A stretch of DNA of 64,000 nucleotides from a virus. Taxonomy: Duplodnaviria; Caudoviricetes. This document shows positions 48,485 through 58,570 of the stretch, piece after piece (positions within the stretch are counted from its first letter, which is position 1; the number at the start of each line of letters is the position of its first letter). Both the position numbers and the translations under genes were made by a program. The stretch is from positions 31,559-95,558 of the IMG/VR virus record IMGVR_UViG_2934156241_000001. One strand, given 5' to 3'. A model generated the notes under the pieces. That model saw only the letters and a list, made by a program, of their open reading frames with translations. It ran no database searches and had not been told where the DNA came from.

Positions 48485-49189
48485 GTGTCCGCCCCCCTTA
48501 TCGCCAATGCGAGCACGTTCCGGGTGACCCGTGTGGACGGCTGCGGCCGTCCCGTCTGTGGTCCCGATAACGCCTACGTCAGCGACTGTTTCGCCTCCCT
48601 CGCGATGAACGCGAACATTGAGGACGGCGAAGACATCACCTTCAAGGCGGCGAACGGCCGCCAGTGCGGCTACAAGAAGGGCTGCCCGACCCTCAACGGG
48701 TACGACATCGAGCTCACCTTTTTCCAGGCCTCGCCCGAGCTGATCGAGCTCATGACCGGGGCCCCGGTGTTCTACGACCACGCCGGCAAGCCCATCGGCT
48801 GGGACGACTGCTCAATCGCGTGCCGCGCCGGCTTCGCGATGGAGCTGTGGGCCGACATCCTCGGCGAGGACGTGTGCCCGGAGGAAGACACTGGCGACGG
48901 CGTGTGGCAGTACTTCATCATGCCGTGGGTCACCAACGGGATGGTCGGCGACCTCGAACTCGCCAACGAGGCCGTGAATTTCACGCTGACCGGCTCCACT
49001 CGGGCCGGCGGTAAATGGGGTGTCGGCCCGTACGACGTCATGGCCCAGGACGCGGCCGGCACCCCCGGACCGATGCTCACCCCGCTCGGCCCGACCTGCC
49101 ACCGCCGCCCGTTCACCACGACCATCGCCCCGCCGGAGCCGTCGACCGACTACCTGCCGGTCGAGGGTGCACTCTGCGAGGTGTCCTGA
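48485..49189 (+). CDS. Major tail (tube) protein
   Basis: RVTRVDGCGRP, EDGE.I....ANG..C, FAMELW, WG.GPY.V, TT.APP; GGAGG RBS. Confidence 0.82.
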   Translation: MSAPLIANASTFRVTRVDGCGRPVCGPDNAYVSDCFASLAMNANIEDGEDITFKAANGRQCGYKKGCPTLNGYDIELTFFQASPELIELMTGAPVFYDHAGKPIGWDDCSIACRAGFAMELWADILGEDVCPEEDTGDGVWQYFIMPWVTNGMVGDLELANEAVNFTLTGSTRAGGKWGVGPYDVMAQDAAGTPGPMLTPLGPTCHRRPFTTTIAPPEPSTDYLPVEGALCEVS

Positions 49190-49192
49190 CCC

Positions 49193-49903
49193 ATGGGTGT
49201 CCCCGACATCGTGTACGTCGTGAAGCCGGGCGAGCATAATCCGCAGCTGCGGTTCAGCCTCAGGTCGTTGGCGAACCTGCCGCACCGGCGGGTGTGGCTG
49301 GCTGGGCACTGCCCGGCGTGGGTCAGCGATGTCGGGGTCATCCCCACCGTCCAGCAGGGCACCAAGTACGTGAACAGCACCGCGAACTTGCGCGCCGCGG
49401 CCGAGCACCCGGACGTGGCCGAGGACTTCCTGCTGCTGAACGATGACTTCTTCATCGTTCAGCCGGTGGGCGTCATGCCCGTGCTGCACCGTGGGCCCGT
49501 CGACGAGGCCGAGGTCTACTACGCGACCAGAGCGCGCGGCCACTACCTGCGCGGGCTACGCGAGACCCGCCAGCTCCTTGCCGAGCTCGGCCACCCCGTG
49601 CCTCTGTCCTACGAGCTTCACCTCCCCATGCCGATGACCAAGTCCCGGGTCCTGGAGGCCCTCGACATCGGCCGCCACCTCGACGTCCTCCACAAGCGCA
49701 GTTTGTACGGGAACCTGTTCGAGCTCGGCGGCCGGCAGGTCACCGACCCGAAGATCCTCACCCGCGGCCCCCAGTTCCCCCGCAACGTCCCGTTCCTTTC
49801 GACGATGCCCGACACGTTCAACCACGGGCAGGTAGGTGCGTTCATCCGCGCCCGGTTCCCGAAGGCGTCCCCGTACGAGACCCGGACAGGACGGAGCCGA
49901 TGA
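49193..49903 (+). CDS. Stealth-CR2-like sugar-phosphate/glycosyl transferase
   Basis: DIVY, LRFSLRSL, P.WV, F.L.NDDFF, YELH.P. Confidence 0.6.
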   Translation: MGVPDIVYVVKPGEHNPQLRFSLRSLANLPHRRVWLAGHCPAWVSDVGVIPTVQQGTKYVNSTANLRAAAEHPDVAEDFLLLNDDFFIVQPVGVMPVLHRGPVDEAEVYYATRARGHYLRGLRETRQLLAELGHPVPLSYELHLPMPMTKSRVLEALDIGRHLDVLHKRSLYGNLFELGGRQVTDPKILTRGPQFPRNVPFLSTMPDTFNHGQVGAFIRARFPKASPYETRTGRSR

Positions 49904-50700
49904 AGCCCGACGTGTGCGAGGCCTGGCCGGTCGAGCTGTGTTGCGACACGGAGAGCGTCGACCAGGCCGTCATCGACCGGTGGTCGCTCGTCGCCTCCCA
50001 GATCCTTTTCCGCCTGTCCGGCCGGCGGTGGGGGCCGTCCTGCCCGGTGACCGTACGGCCCTGCCGGCGTTCCTGCCTGGACACGGCCCCAGTGTCCTTC
50101 CAGGCCGGCGTCGGCACGGGGCCGTGGGTGCCGTACATCGGCGCGGACGGGGAATGGCGCAACGGGGCGGTGTGCGGCTGCGCGTCGTCCTGCTCGTGTA
50201 CCGAGCTGTGCGAGGTCCGTCTCGTCGGCCCGGTGCACGACGTCGTCGAGGTCCTGGTCGACGGGGAGGTCCTGGTCCCTGAGGCCTACCGCGTCGACTC
50301 CGCGAACCAGCTGGTGCGCACCGACGGCGAGTGCTGGCCGGCCTGCCAGGACATGGCCGCACCGTGCGGGGCCCCGGGCACCGTGTGCGTCACCTACCGC
50401 ACAGGGCTGCCGCTGGATGAGTCAGCGATCGCCGCAGTGTCCGAGCTGACGTGCCACCTCCTGCGGGGATGCAACCCCGGCGGAGGGTGCGGGTGCCGGG
50501 CCACCCCGAACGTCACCAGGGTCCAGCGGCAGGGCGTGCAGCTGGATATGGCCGACCCGACGCTGGTCTACTCCGAGGGACGCACCGGCCTCCCTCTGGC
50601 CGATGCCTGGCTGGCAGCGGTCAACCCCTACGGGCAGCCCAGCGCATCCCGCGTCGACAGCCCGGACTACAAGAGGCCGAGGTACGCACAATGGCCCTGA
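49900..50700 (+). CDS. Head-to-tail adaptor (Cys-rich)
   Basis: L.RLSGR.W, TVRPC, LVRTDG.CWP.CQD, V.RQGV, TGL..AD.WL..VNP. Confidence 0.75.
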   Translation: MKPDVCEAWPVELCCDTESVDQAVIDRWSLVASQILFRLSGRRWGPSCPVTVRPCRRSCLDTAPVSFQAGVGTGPWVPYIGADGEWRNGAVCGCASSCSCTELCEVRLVGPVHDVVEVLVDGEVLVPEAYRVDSANQLVRTDGECWPACQDMAAPCGAPGTVCVTYRTGLPLDESAIAAVSELTCHLLRGCNPGGGCGCRATPNVTRVQRQGVQLDMADPTLVYSEGRTGLPLADAWLAAVNPYGQPSASRVDSPDYKRPRYAQWP

Positions 50701-51278
50701 GCCCCCTCGCGATTCACGACCTCGCAGAGGCCGTCCTCGCCTGCGTGTGCGTCGCCCTGGACGAGACAGCCGCCGATGTCGAGGGACAGCCCGGCTGTCC
50801 CTGCCGCACCTGCGTAGTCCCCGGCACTCCTGCGTGGGATGACTGCGTGGACCCGTGCAGTGGCGACGACGGAGCTGGGGGCCAGCTCACGGTCAACTAC
50901 GCCCGCATCTACGGCACTTCCCGATTCCCGCAGGAGGACCTGGAGGTACGCGGCCTGCGCGGCTGCCAGCCCGCTGCGACGACTGCAGCGGAGATGGTCA
51001 TCACGCTGTTGCGCTGCGCCCCCACGGTCAACGAGAACGGATGCCCGCCCACGTGCGAGGAGCTGTCCGCGGCCGCCCGGGTCACCCACGTGGACGCGGC
51101 CACCGTCTACAACGCCTTGATGTGCTGCCTGCCCAAGACCGCCGGCCGCCGCGGCCGCCGTTTCGTGATGGGGCAGCAGAAGGTCATCGGCCCACAGGGC
51201 GGATGCGTCGGCATCGAGCAGCGCGTCATCGTCGCCCTGCCGGGCTGCGCCCCCTGCCCGGAGGACGACTCGTCATGA
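50691..51278 (+). CDS. Tail terminator-like neck protein (Cys-rich)
   Basis: Position; WD.C, LRCAP, GPQGGCVG. Confidence 0.65.
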   Translation: MALSPLAIHDLAEAVLACVCVALDETAADVEGQPGCPCRTCVVPGTPAWDDCVDPCSGDDGAGGQLTVNYARIYGTSRFPQEDLEVRGLRGCQPAATTAAEMVITLLRCAPTVNENGCPPTCEELSAAARVTHVDAATVYNALMCCLPKTAGRRGRRFVMGQQKVIGPQGGCVGIEQRVIVALPGCAPCPEDDSS

Positions 51279-51652
51279 GCGTGGAGGTCACGATCGACGC
51301 GACCCAGCTGGAGCGGGCTCTGCGCCGGCCGGGCGGGCTCGGCGAGCGCATCCTGAGGCGGAGGGCACGCCCTGTTGCGGCGCGGGCTCGGCAGCTGGCG
51401 CCGGGCAGCATGGGCGACGGCATCACGATGCGCGTCGAGGGGACCGGGCGGGGGATGCAGGCCATCATCGAGTCCACGCACCCCGCGAGCGCCTACGTGG
51501 TCAGGGGTACTCGTCCTCACGCCATCCGGGCTCGGCGGGGGAAGGCTCTGAGGTTCACGGTGGGCGGGCGGACTTTGTTCCGGAAGGCCGTGTGGCACCC
51601 GGGGACGAAGGCCAACGACTTCCTGGCCAAGGCGGTACGAGAGGCCCTGTAA
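51275..51652 (+). CDS. HK97 gp10-like tail completion protein
   Basis: AYV..GTRPH.I....KALRF.....F.K.V.HPGT..N.FL. Confidence 0.75.
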   Translation: MSVEVTIDATQLERALRRPGGLGERILRRRARPVAARARQLAPGSMGDGITMRVEGTGRGMQAIIESTHPASAYVVRGTRPHAIRARRGKALRFTVGGRTLFRKAVWHPGTKANDFLAKAVREAL

Positions 51653-51662
51653 CCGTGCGGGA

Positions 51663-51697
51663 TACGATGCTTCCACGTTGCTGGTTTTGGGCCGGAC
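51663..51697 (+). promoter_or_regulatory. Late-gene motif copy 3 (before tail chaperone)
   Basis: TACGAT 51663; gctggttttgggccggac 51680-51697. Confidence 0.7.
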
Positions 51698-51724
51698 GTC
51701 TGCGGCTGAACCTGGAGCGCTGAC

Positions 51725-52150
51725 GTGGCTACGAAGAAATTTGCCCTCAACACGGACCCGCACGTTGCCGAGATTGGCGAGGATCTCACCCTCAAGTTCC
51801 GCCCCGAGGTGATGGGCGACGAGTTCCTCGACGTCTACGAGGTCCTTCAGGAGCATCTCAAGGCCGTGGAGAAGGACGACGCGACCGTAGATGAGCTGCG
51901 CGCGTCGAACGCGGCGATCCGCAAGTTCATGTCGGATCTGATGCTCCCGGAGTCCGCTGCCGAGTTCGAGAAGGTGCAGCTGCCTGCTCGGGTCCTCGGT
52001 GAGCTGATGGATTGGCTCATGGGGGTCTACGGGGGCGGAGAGCGCCCTCCTACGTCGTCCACCGGCTCTGCCACAGCATCGCCGCCTCGTGGGACTCGTG
52101 GGACGGCCACCTCGCGCTCCAAGGCATCGACCCGCGCTCGTGGACGCTGA
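51725..52150 (+). CDS. Tail assembly chaperone (G)
   Basis: Position before tape measure; WL..VYG...RP.T..S.rich tail. Confidence 0.75.
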   Translation: MATKKFALNTDPHVAEIGEDLTLKFRPEVMGDEFLDVYEVLQEHLKAVEKDDATVDELRASNAAIRKFMSDLMLPESAAEFEKVQLPARVLGELMDWLMGVYGGGERPPTSSTGSATASPPRGTRGTATSRSKASTRARGR

Positions 52151-52374
52151 CGCGCCTGCTGAACGCGGCTGAGGTCGCGATGGCGGAGTCGGCCGAAGAC
52201 GATGCCGCGAGGGCCCGGCTCCGTGCCGAGCTGTACGCGCCGCCGGCCGGGCTACAGAAGGCTCGGCGCCGCGACATGGCCAGGCCGCTGGCCATGACTG
52301 CCGCCGAATCAGCTGCGCTCGCCGCCCGCCTTGAGGCCGAAGACGCTCAGTTCTCTCGTTCCACCGCTCGCTAA
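52045..52374 (+). CDS. Tail assembly chaperone extension (T), probably reached by -1 frameshift
   Basis: Overlapping -1 frame PSYVVHRL...W..WDG...GIDP...LYAPP with no convincing start of its own. Confidence 0.65.
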   Translation, partial: PSYVVHRLCHSIAASWDSWDGHLALQGIDPRSWTLTRLLNAAEVAMAESAEDDAARARLRAELYAPPAGLQKARRRDMARPLAMTAAESAALAARLEAEDAQFSRSTAR

Positions 52375-52389
52375 GCCCGAGCGTCTGCT

Positions 52390-52407
52390 GCTGGTTCTGG
52401 GCCGGGC
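52390..52407 (+). promoter_or_regulatory. Late-gene motif copy 4 (before tape measure)
   Basis: gctggttctgggccgggc, identical to copy 2. Confidence 0.7.
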
Positions 52408-52432
52408 AACCCCGCCATCGTGAGGTTGCTCT

Positions 52433-55400
52433 GTGGACACGTCAGCTCGAATCCGCATTGAGCTGGATGACGCCGGTGTGGCCCAGCAGTCGCGCGTGCT
52501 GGGGCAGCGAATCGCGAAGGCCATCGAGCCGGCTACCCGCAAGATCACTCAGGACATTCAGCAGGCCATCAGTAAGGCCCGGCCGAAGGTCGCGGTCGCT
52601 GGAGACCTGAAGCAGTTCCAGCAGGCGCTGCGCGCGGCGACGGGGAAGTTGAAGCCCGTCAAGGTCCCCGTGACGGCCAATCTGTCGCAGTTCCAGAAGG
52701 AACTGCGGTCCGCTGGCACGAGGTTGAAGGCCATCAAGGTGCCGGTCGGGGCGAACCTGACCCAGCTCCAGCGAGAACTGCGCTCGTCCGCGTCGCAGCT
52801 GAAGACGATCAAAGTCCCGGTCGGGGCGAACCTGACGCAGTTCCAGCGGGAGCTGCGCACTGCCGCGTCCCAGCTCAGGCCGATCAAGGTGCCGGTCGGG
52901 GCGAACCTGGCGCAGTTCCAGCGGGAGCTGCGCACTGCCGCGTCCCAGCTCAGGCCGATCAAGGTGCCGGTGACGGCGGACCTGCGGCAGCTCCAGCAGG
53001 GCCTGAGGGCGGCCAATACCCCGATTCGGGTGCCGGTGACGGCAGACATGCGGCAGTTCCAGCAGGGGCTGCGTACGGCCGGCTCGCAGGTGCGTCCGAC
53101 GCGTGTGCCGGTGACGGCGAACACGTCCGGATTCCGGAGCGGGATCGCGGGCCTCGCGAACAGCGTGCTGCCGATCAACGTGCCGGTGCGAGCGGACACG
53201 TCCGGATTCCAGAAGGCCGTCCTCGCGGCCGGCGCCGCAGTCGTCGCCATGCTCGGCGGGACCGTCGGCCTGTCGGCGAACTTCGAGGCCGGAATGAACG
53301 CCGTCAAGGCGGTCACACAGGCCACGACAAAAGAGTTCAAATCGCTCGAGGATCAGGCGCGCTACCTCGGAGCAACAACTAAATACACGGCTACGCAGGC
53401 AGCCGAGGGAATGAAATTCCTCGGAATGACCGGCTACAAGACGAAGGAAATCCTCGCTGCAATGCCGTCCACGCTGGACCTGGCGGCAGCAGCAAACATG
53501 GACCTCGGCCGGGCCGCAGACATCGTCAGCAACATCATGACGGGCTACGGCAAGAAGGCAACGGAAGTCGTCGGCATTAATGACATGCTGGTGAAGACAT
53601 TCATCAGCTCGAACGTCGACGTCGAAATGCTCGGCCAGTCCTTCAAATACGTCGGTGGCACCGCCAAGGCCATGGGCCTCAAAATCACTGACACGGCGGC
53701 CATCCTCGGTGCTCTCGGTGACTCGGGCCTTCAAGCGGCCATGGGAGGCACCGGCCTGCGTCGAGTTCTGACGAAATTGCAGAACCCGACGAAGGCGGCA
53801 TCCGAGGTATTCGAGAAATACGGGGTCAAGCTGACCACCGCCTCGGGGGAGATGCGGCCAGCGATCGACCTCATCCGCGAGCTGGCATTGGCGGGACTCC
53901 AGGGCGGCGACGCGATCAAAGCGTTCGGGGACCGCGGTGGACCCGCCATGACGGCCATCACCGGCCAGCTGCCGAAGATCGACAAACTGCGCGCTTCCCT
54001 CCAAGACGTCGACGGAGTCGCCCATAGGGTCGCGGCGACGATGATGGAAGGCGCCAAGGGCGGGTTCCTCATCTTCAAGTCGGCCGTCGAGGGGTTGGCC
54101 ATCTCGATCGGCAAGGCCGGTCTTTTGGCGGCAGTTACACGTGTCACTACGGCGGCCAGCGGCATGGTCGACGGCCTGAACCGGGCTGCGCAGAGCTCTC
54201 TTCCTGCGGTGTTCCAGTCAATCGGAGCATCCATCAAGAACGCATTTAGCTCCGTCTCCAATACCGGGATTTTCGACGGGTTGAAAGCCGCCCTATCCGG
54301 GCTTTGGGAAGTAACAAAGGGGCTCATGCCCGCACTCTCCGGATTTGCGGCGATCATGGGGCCCACGCTCGTCGGAGTGCTCTACGCCGCAGCCGCAGCG
54401 CTGCAACTCCTCGCGGGTGCGCTGAGACCACTCGGTAAGTTCCTTCAGGATAATGCGACTGCTGTCGCTACATTCGGTGCAGTGCTGGCCGGGATGATGA
54501 TCGGCGCCAAGATCGTAGGAATGTTCATGGCGCTGAGTGGTGTCCTCACCACGGTGCGCACGCTGATCGTTGGTGTGCGCGGAGCCATGATGCTCCTCAA
54601 TTTGGCGATGTATTCCAACCCCATTGGATTGGTCGTTATCGCGATTGCCGGTCTCATTGCCGGCCTGGTGTATCTGTACAACAATGTCGAGCCCGTGCGG
54701 CGAGTTATCGATGGCCTTTTCAGCTCCATCGCGGGATTCGTGATGGGTGTCGGGGCATGGTTCGGCAAATTGCCTGGGCTGATCGGTAGCGGGCTGTCGG
54801 CTGTCGGCGACTTCTTCTCAGGAATGTTCGACTCGGCGTCAAGCGCCGTCAGCAGCGGTATGTCCTCCGTGGGCCAGTTCTTCTCGAACGGGTTCGAGAC
54901 GGCGAAGCAGGCCGTGTCTGCCGGGATCGATGCCACGGTCCAGTTCTTCGTCGCCTTGCCAGGCCGGATCGGCAACATCCTGGCGGCGCTCCCCGGTGTG
55001 CTGTACGAGGCGTTCACATCGGCCGTCGCCGGCCTGGCGATTGTGATCATCACGGCGCTCGCGCTGGTCTATGCGCTGTTCTTCCGGGTGCCGACGATCA
55101 TCTCGAACGCGCTGGTGAGTCTCGGGGCGTACCTCGTCGACGCGTTCCTCAGAGGGCTCAGCGTCACGTCTTCTCTCGTGACCGGGTGGCTGACGGCGAC
55201 GGTCGCTTTCTTCCAGGCGCTGCCAGGGCGGCTCGGGAGTGCGCTGGTGAGTCTGGGCTCCGCGATCTCCAGCGCCTTCACCGCCGCGGCGACGGCCACC
55301 ACAGCAGCGGTGTCGTCGTTCGCTACCGGCACGGTGGCGTTCTTTGTGGCGCTGCCGGGCCGCATCGGTAGCGGGCTGTCGAGTCTGGGCTCGATGATCG

Positions 55401-57136
55401 GCGGGGCATTTTCACGGGCGGCAGCCTCGGCGAAGGCCACGGTGGTGTCTTTCGTTACCGCCGTCGTGGCGTTCCATGCGGCGCTGCCGGGCCGCATCGG
55501 TGGGGCGCTGTCGAGTGTGGGATCGAAGATCGCGGCCGCTTTCAGTAGCGCGACAAGGTCCGCGCGGTCTGCCGTGAGTTCGCTGATCGGGAACATCGTC
55601 AGCCTGTTCTCGACGCTGCCCGGCCGGATCGTCGCGTCGCTCGGGGACATCGGGTCGAAGATCATCGGGAAGATCAAGTCCGGGCTTCCTTCGTCCGTAC
55701 GGGGCCTCCTGCCGTTCGCGAATGGCGGGATCGTCAACGGCCCGACAGCCGCGCTGATCGGTGAGGCCGGGCCCGAAGTCGTGATCCCCCTGACCCGGCC
55801 GGCACGGGCTCGGCAGCTCGCTGCCCAGTCCGGGCTACTCGACATCCTCGGCACTGCCAAGCCCTCCCAGACCGCGCGAGCCGGGCGAGGCAACTTCGTC
55901 TCGTTGGACTCCGGCGACGGGCGCGACCTCATCCGAGGAATGATCAACGGCATCCTGGCGATGGCGGGCCCTCTCGTCTCGGCGACCACCATGGTCATGC
56001 GCCAGGCGGTCGACGCTGCCAGAAACACCCTGGGCATCCATTCCCCGTCCACCGTGCTCGCTGCGATCGGACGGGACACCGGGCGAGGATTCATCATCGG
56101 TCTGACCGGCACAGCCGCGCAGATCAAGCAGACGACGGAGCGGATCGCGAAGTCGATCACCGCCGCGTTCAAGGGCCGCAACACCAAGATTGATGACCGG
56201 CTGGTCGCGATGGTGCAGACCGGGAACACGAAGCTGACGACGCTCGCCGCCCAGCGTGACGCCCTGGTGAAGCGGATCGCTGACGCGCAGAAGTTCGCGG
56301 CCGACACGACGAAGGCGGCACTCCAGGCGTTCTCCCTGTCCAGCCTTGTGCAGGGGCAGGAGGGGTTCAACGCGAGCACGATCACGGCCGGCCTCACGGG
56401 CGCGGTGAAGCAGGTGAAGGCGTTCACGGCCCAGGTCAACGCCCTCGCGAAACGCGGGTTGCGTAAGGACATCGTGTCCCAGCTGATCGGTCTCGGACCG
56501 GAGCAGGGGGCGGCCCTCGCGACAGCTCTGTCCAGGGCGAGCAAGGGCCAGTTGAAAAAGATCAACACGTTGCAGGGGCAACTGGCGAAGAGCGCCGGCA
56601 CGCTCGGGACCACCAGTTCAGACCTGCTCTACGACGCCGGCAAGCGGGCCGGGGACGGGCTCCTCGCCGGGCTCAAGGACCAGAAGAAGAAGATCGAGCA
56701 ACTGATGCTCGACATCGCCAAGGGGATGCAGTCCGCCATCCGTGCGGAGCTGAAAATCCACTCGCCGTCCGTGGCGATGAGGTGGATCGGTGACATGGCC
56801 GGGGCAGGCCTGGAGCTCGGACTCGTCGGCCGGATCGGCGCGCTCGCCGCAGCCGCGAGGTCGGCGGCCCAGTCCATGGTTGGCGCGGTTTCGTCCCAGC
56901 TCGGCGGTATGCCGGACCTGTCAGCCGGGTTCGGGAGCGCCGTGGAGGTCGGCGGCCCACGGGTGCCGCTCACCCGGATGCAGCGACTTCGACAGGCCCG
57001 TGCCGACGGGGCCACTCCGGGCAGTGCGGCGGTCGCGCGAACTGTCACCAATCACTTCACGATCAATGAGACAGGAGACGGCCACGTGACCGCACACCGA
57101 GTGGTCAACCGCATGGCGCTGGCGGTGGGGTTCTGA
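52433..57136 (+). CDS. Tape measure protein (TP901-type core)
   Basis: F...M..VKAV, LGATT.YTA.QAA, L.LAAA..MDL..AADI, FANGGIV.GPT.ALIGEAGPE, IHSPS. Confidence 0.95.
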   Translation: MDTSARIRIELDDAGVAQQSRVLGQRIAKAIEPATRKITQDIQQAISKARPKVAVAGDLKQFQQALRAATGKLKPVKVPVTANLSQFQKELRSAGTRLKAIKVPVGANLTQLQRELRSSASQLKTIKVPVGANLTQFQRELRTAASQLRPIKVPVGANLAQFQRELRTAASQLRPIKVPVTADLRQLQQGLRAANTPIRVPVTADMRQFQQGLRTAGSQVRPTRVPVTANTSGFRSGIAGLANSVLPINVPVRADTSGFQKAVLAAGAAVVAMLGGTVGLSANFEAGMNAVKAVTQATTKEFKSLEDQARYLGATTKYTATQAAEGMKFLGMTGYKTKEILAAMPSTLDLAAAANMDLGRAADIVSNIMTGYGKKATEVVGINDMLVKTFISSNVDVEMLGQSFKYVGGTAKAMGLKITDTAAILGALGDSGLQAAMGGTGLRRVLTKLQNPTKAASEVFEKYGVKLTTASGEMRPAIDLIRELALAGLQGGDAIKAFGDRGGPAMTAITGQLPKIDKLRASLQDVDGVAHRVAATMMEGAKGGFLIFKSAVEGLAISIGKAGLLAAVTRVTTAASGMVDGLNRAAQSSLPAVFQSIGASIKNAFSSVSNTGIFDGLKAALSGLWEVTKGLMPALSGFAAIMGPTLVGVLYAAAAALQLLAGALRPLGKFLQDNATAVATFGAVLAGMMIGAKIVGMFMALSGVLTTVRTLIVGVRGAMMLLNLAMYSNPIGLVVIAIAGLIAGLVYLYNNVEPVRRVIDGLFSSIAGFVMGVGAWFGKLPGLIGSGLSAVGDFFSGMFDSASSAVSSGMSSVGQFFSNGFETAKQAVSAGIDATVQFFVALPGRIGNILAALPGVLYEAFTSAVAGLAIVIITALALVYALFFRVPTIISNALVSLGAYLVDAFLRGLSVTSSLVTGWLTATVAFFQALPGRLGSALVSLGSAISSAFTAAATATTAAVSSFATGTVAFFVALPGRIGSGLSSLGSMIGGAFSRAAASAKATVVSFVTAVVAFHAALPGRIGGALSSVGSKIAAAFSSATRSARSAVSSLIGNIVSLFSTLPGRIVASLGDIGSKIIGKIKSGLPSSVRGLLPFANGGIVNGPTAALIGEAGPEVVIPLTRPARARQLAAQSGLLDILGTAKPSQTARAGRGNFVSLDSGDGRDLIRGMINGILAMAGPLVSATTMVMRQAVDAARNTLGIHSPSTVLAAIGRDTGRGFIIGLTGTAAQIKQTTERIAKSITAAFKGRNTKIDDRLVAMVQTGNTKLTTLAAQRDALVKRIADAQKFAADTTKAALQAFSLSSLVQGQEGFNASTITAGLTGAVKQVKAFTAQVNALAKRGLRKDIVSQLIGLGPEQGAALATALSRASKGQLKKINTLQGQLAKSAGTLGTTSSDLLYDAGKRAGDGLLAGLKDQKKKIEQLMLDIAKGMQSAIRAELKIHSPSVAMRWIGDMAGAGLELGLVGRIGALAAAARSAAQSMVGAVSSQLGGMPDLSAGFGSAVEVGGPRVPLTRMQRLRQARADGATPGSAAVARTVTNHFTINETGDGHVTAHRVVNRMALAVGF
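52650..53215 (+). repeat. 75-bp (25-aa) tandem repeats in tape measure N-terminus
   Basis: IKVPVGANLTQFQRELRTAASQLRP unit, about 7-8 degenerate copies. Confidence 0.85.
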
Positions 57137-58569
57137 TGCTGGAGCACTACCTCGTCCTCGGGGACACAGAGATCGCCAACTCCGCTCGCCTGGACGCGTA
57201 TCTGGAGTCAGTGGGCAGCCCGCTGGACAGCGGCGGCGCGTGTGGCTGCGAAACCTTCGATGCTGTTCTCGTCGGGGACGAGCCCTACACGACGCCGGAG
57301 GAGGACGGGGCTCCCTGGTACGACCCCGCAGTCCCGGAGTCCGCGGACTTCGCCGGCCTGATGGTGCTGTCCGTGGACGGGGCTGATGAAAACCCGATGC
57401 AGCGGTCGGTGAGTCAGTCCGCGGCTGGCAGCGCCGCCTTCGGGCCGGCCCGGGTCCAGCCGCGCACCATCACGGTGACCGCCGTGCTGCTCGGCGCGAC
57501 GTGCTGCGCCGTGGACTACGGGCTCCGGTGGCTGGCCCAGGCCCTCGCCGGGAGTACGGCCCCCGGCTGTGGCGGGGACGGGCTGACGTTGTACAACTGC
57601 TGCCCCGACGAGTTTGAAGACCCCGCCCCGTTTGCGGCGGCGCACCGGCGGACGATGCGCCGGGTCGCGCTGGTCGACGGGCCTCGCGTCATCGCTCGCG
57701 CCGGAACGGGCTGCGCCGGACGGGGCGGCTGCTCGACCGGCGCGGACATCCTCACCGTCGAATTCGTGCTCACGGCGGCCACCCCTTGGGCCTGGGGGGA
57801 CCCGGTGCCGGTCCTGGACGTGGAAGTTCCGACGGACGACGGAACGGAGTGCATCACGTGGTGTGTGCATCGCAGCATCGACGACCCGTACGACCCGGTG
57901 TGTGTGGAGGCCGGGGACAGTTGCCCGCCCGGCGCGGTGGCCGTCGAGCTGACGGACGCGGTGTGTGATCTGCCGTGGCCGGACCGGGAGTCGCTGGGGC
58001 TGGTGTGCGATAGAACGTGCCGGCTCAAGGTGTGCCCGGACATGGACGCGCTGTGTGGTGACCCGGGTTGCAGCATCCCGACCCCGCCGGTAGCGCCGCC
58101 CCCGCAGACGTGTTTCTGCAGCGCCCTCGCGGTCAACTCGGCGATGTACGAGCTCTACCTCAACGACCGGCCGGGCCGGTTCGGGGCGGTACCGGTCATC
58201 ACCGTGGAGGCCGGGAACAAGGTGCTGCGCCACCTCACCATCACCTTCTTCGAGCGCCGCATGGAGCACGACGGCATGTCCTGTGAGGAGGTCGCCGAGA
58301 TGGAACGCTGCGCCCCGCACAGCGTGTTCGAGGTGGCATACGTCCCGGTGGGCGGCACGCTCGTCCTGGACGGCCAGGTCGAGCGTGCCTCCGTCGAGTG
58401 CGCAGGCTCCTGCGAGAGCAGCCCTGATGCCTATGGAGCCAGCGGTGGGCCGCTCCAGTTCCCGCTGCTGACCCGGTCCTCCTACTGCGTCCTCGTGGAA
58501 GCGGACGCCATCGCCGTGCCGGCCGACGACGCCCGGATCACCATCGCCTTGTCCGGACGGGAGTACTGA
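57136..58569 (+). CDS. Distal tail-like minor tail protein (Cys-rich)
   Basis: Directly after tape measure (TGATG); APWYDP..PES..F.G, EF.LTA..PW, LVLDG. Confidence 0.75.
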   Translation: MLEHYLVLGDTEIANSARLDAYLESVGSPLDSGGACGCETFDAVLVGDEPYTTPEEDGAPWYDPAVPESADFAGLMVLSVDGADENPMQRSVSQSAAGSAAFGPARVQPRTITVTAVLLGATCCAVDYGLRWLAQALAGSTAPGCGGDGLTLYNCCPDEFEDPAPFAAAHRRTMRRVALVDGPRVIARAGTGCAGRGGCSTGADILTVEFVLTAATPWAWGDPVPVLDVEVPTDDGTECITWCVHRSIDDPYDPVCVEAGDSCPPGAVAVELTDAVCDLPWPDRESLGLVCDRTCRLKVCPDMDALCGDPGCSIPTPPVAPPPQTCFCSALAVNSAMYELYLNDRPGRFGAVPVITVEAGNKVLRHLTITFFERRMEHDGMSCEEVAEMERCAPHSVFEVAYVPVGGTLVLDGQVERASVECAGSCESSPDAYGASGGPLQFPLLTRSSYCVLVEADAIAVPADDARITIALSGREY

Positions 58570-58570
58570 C

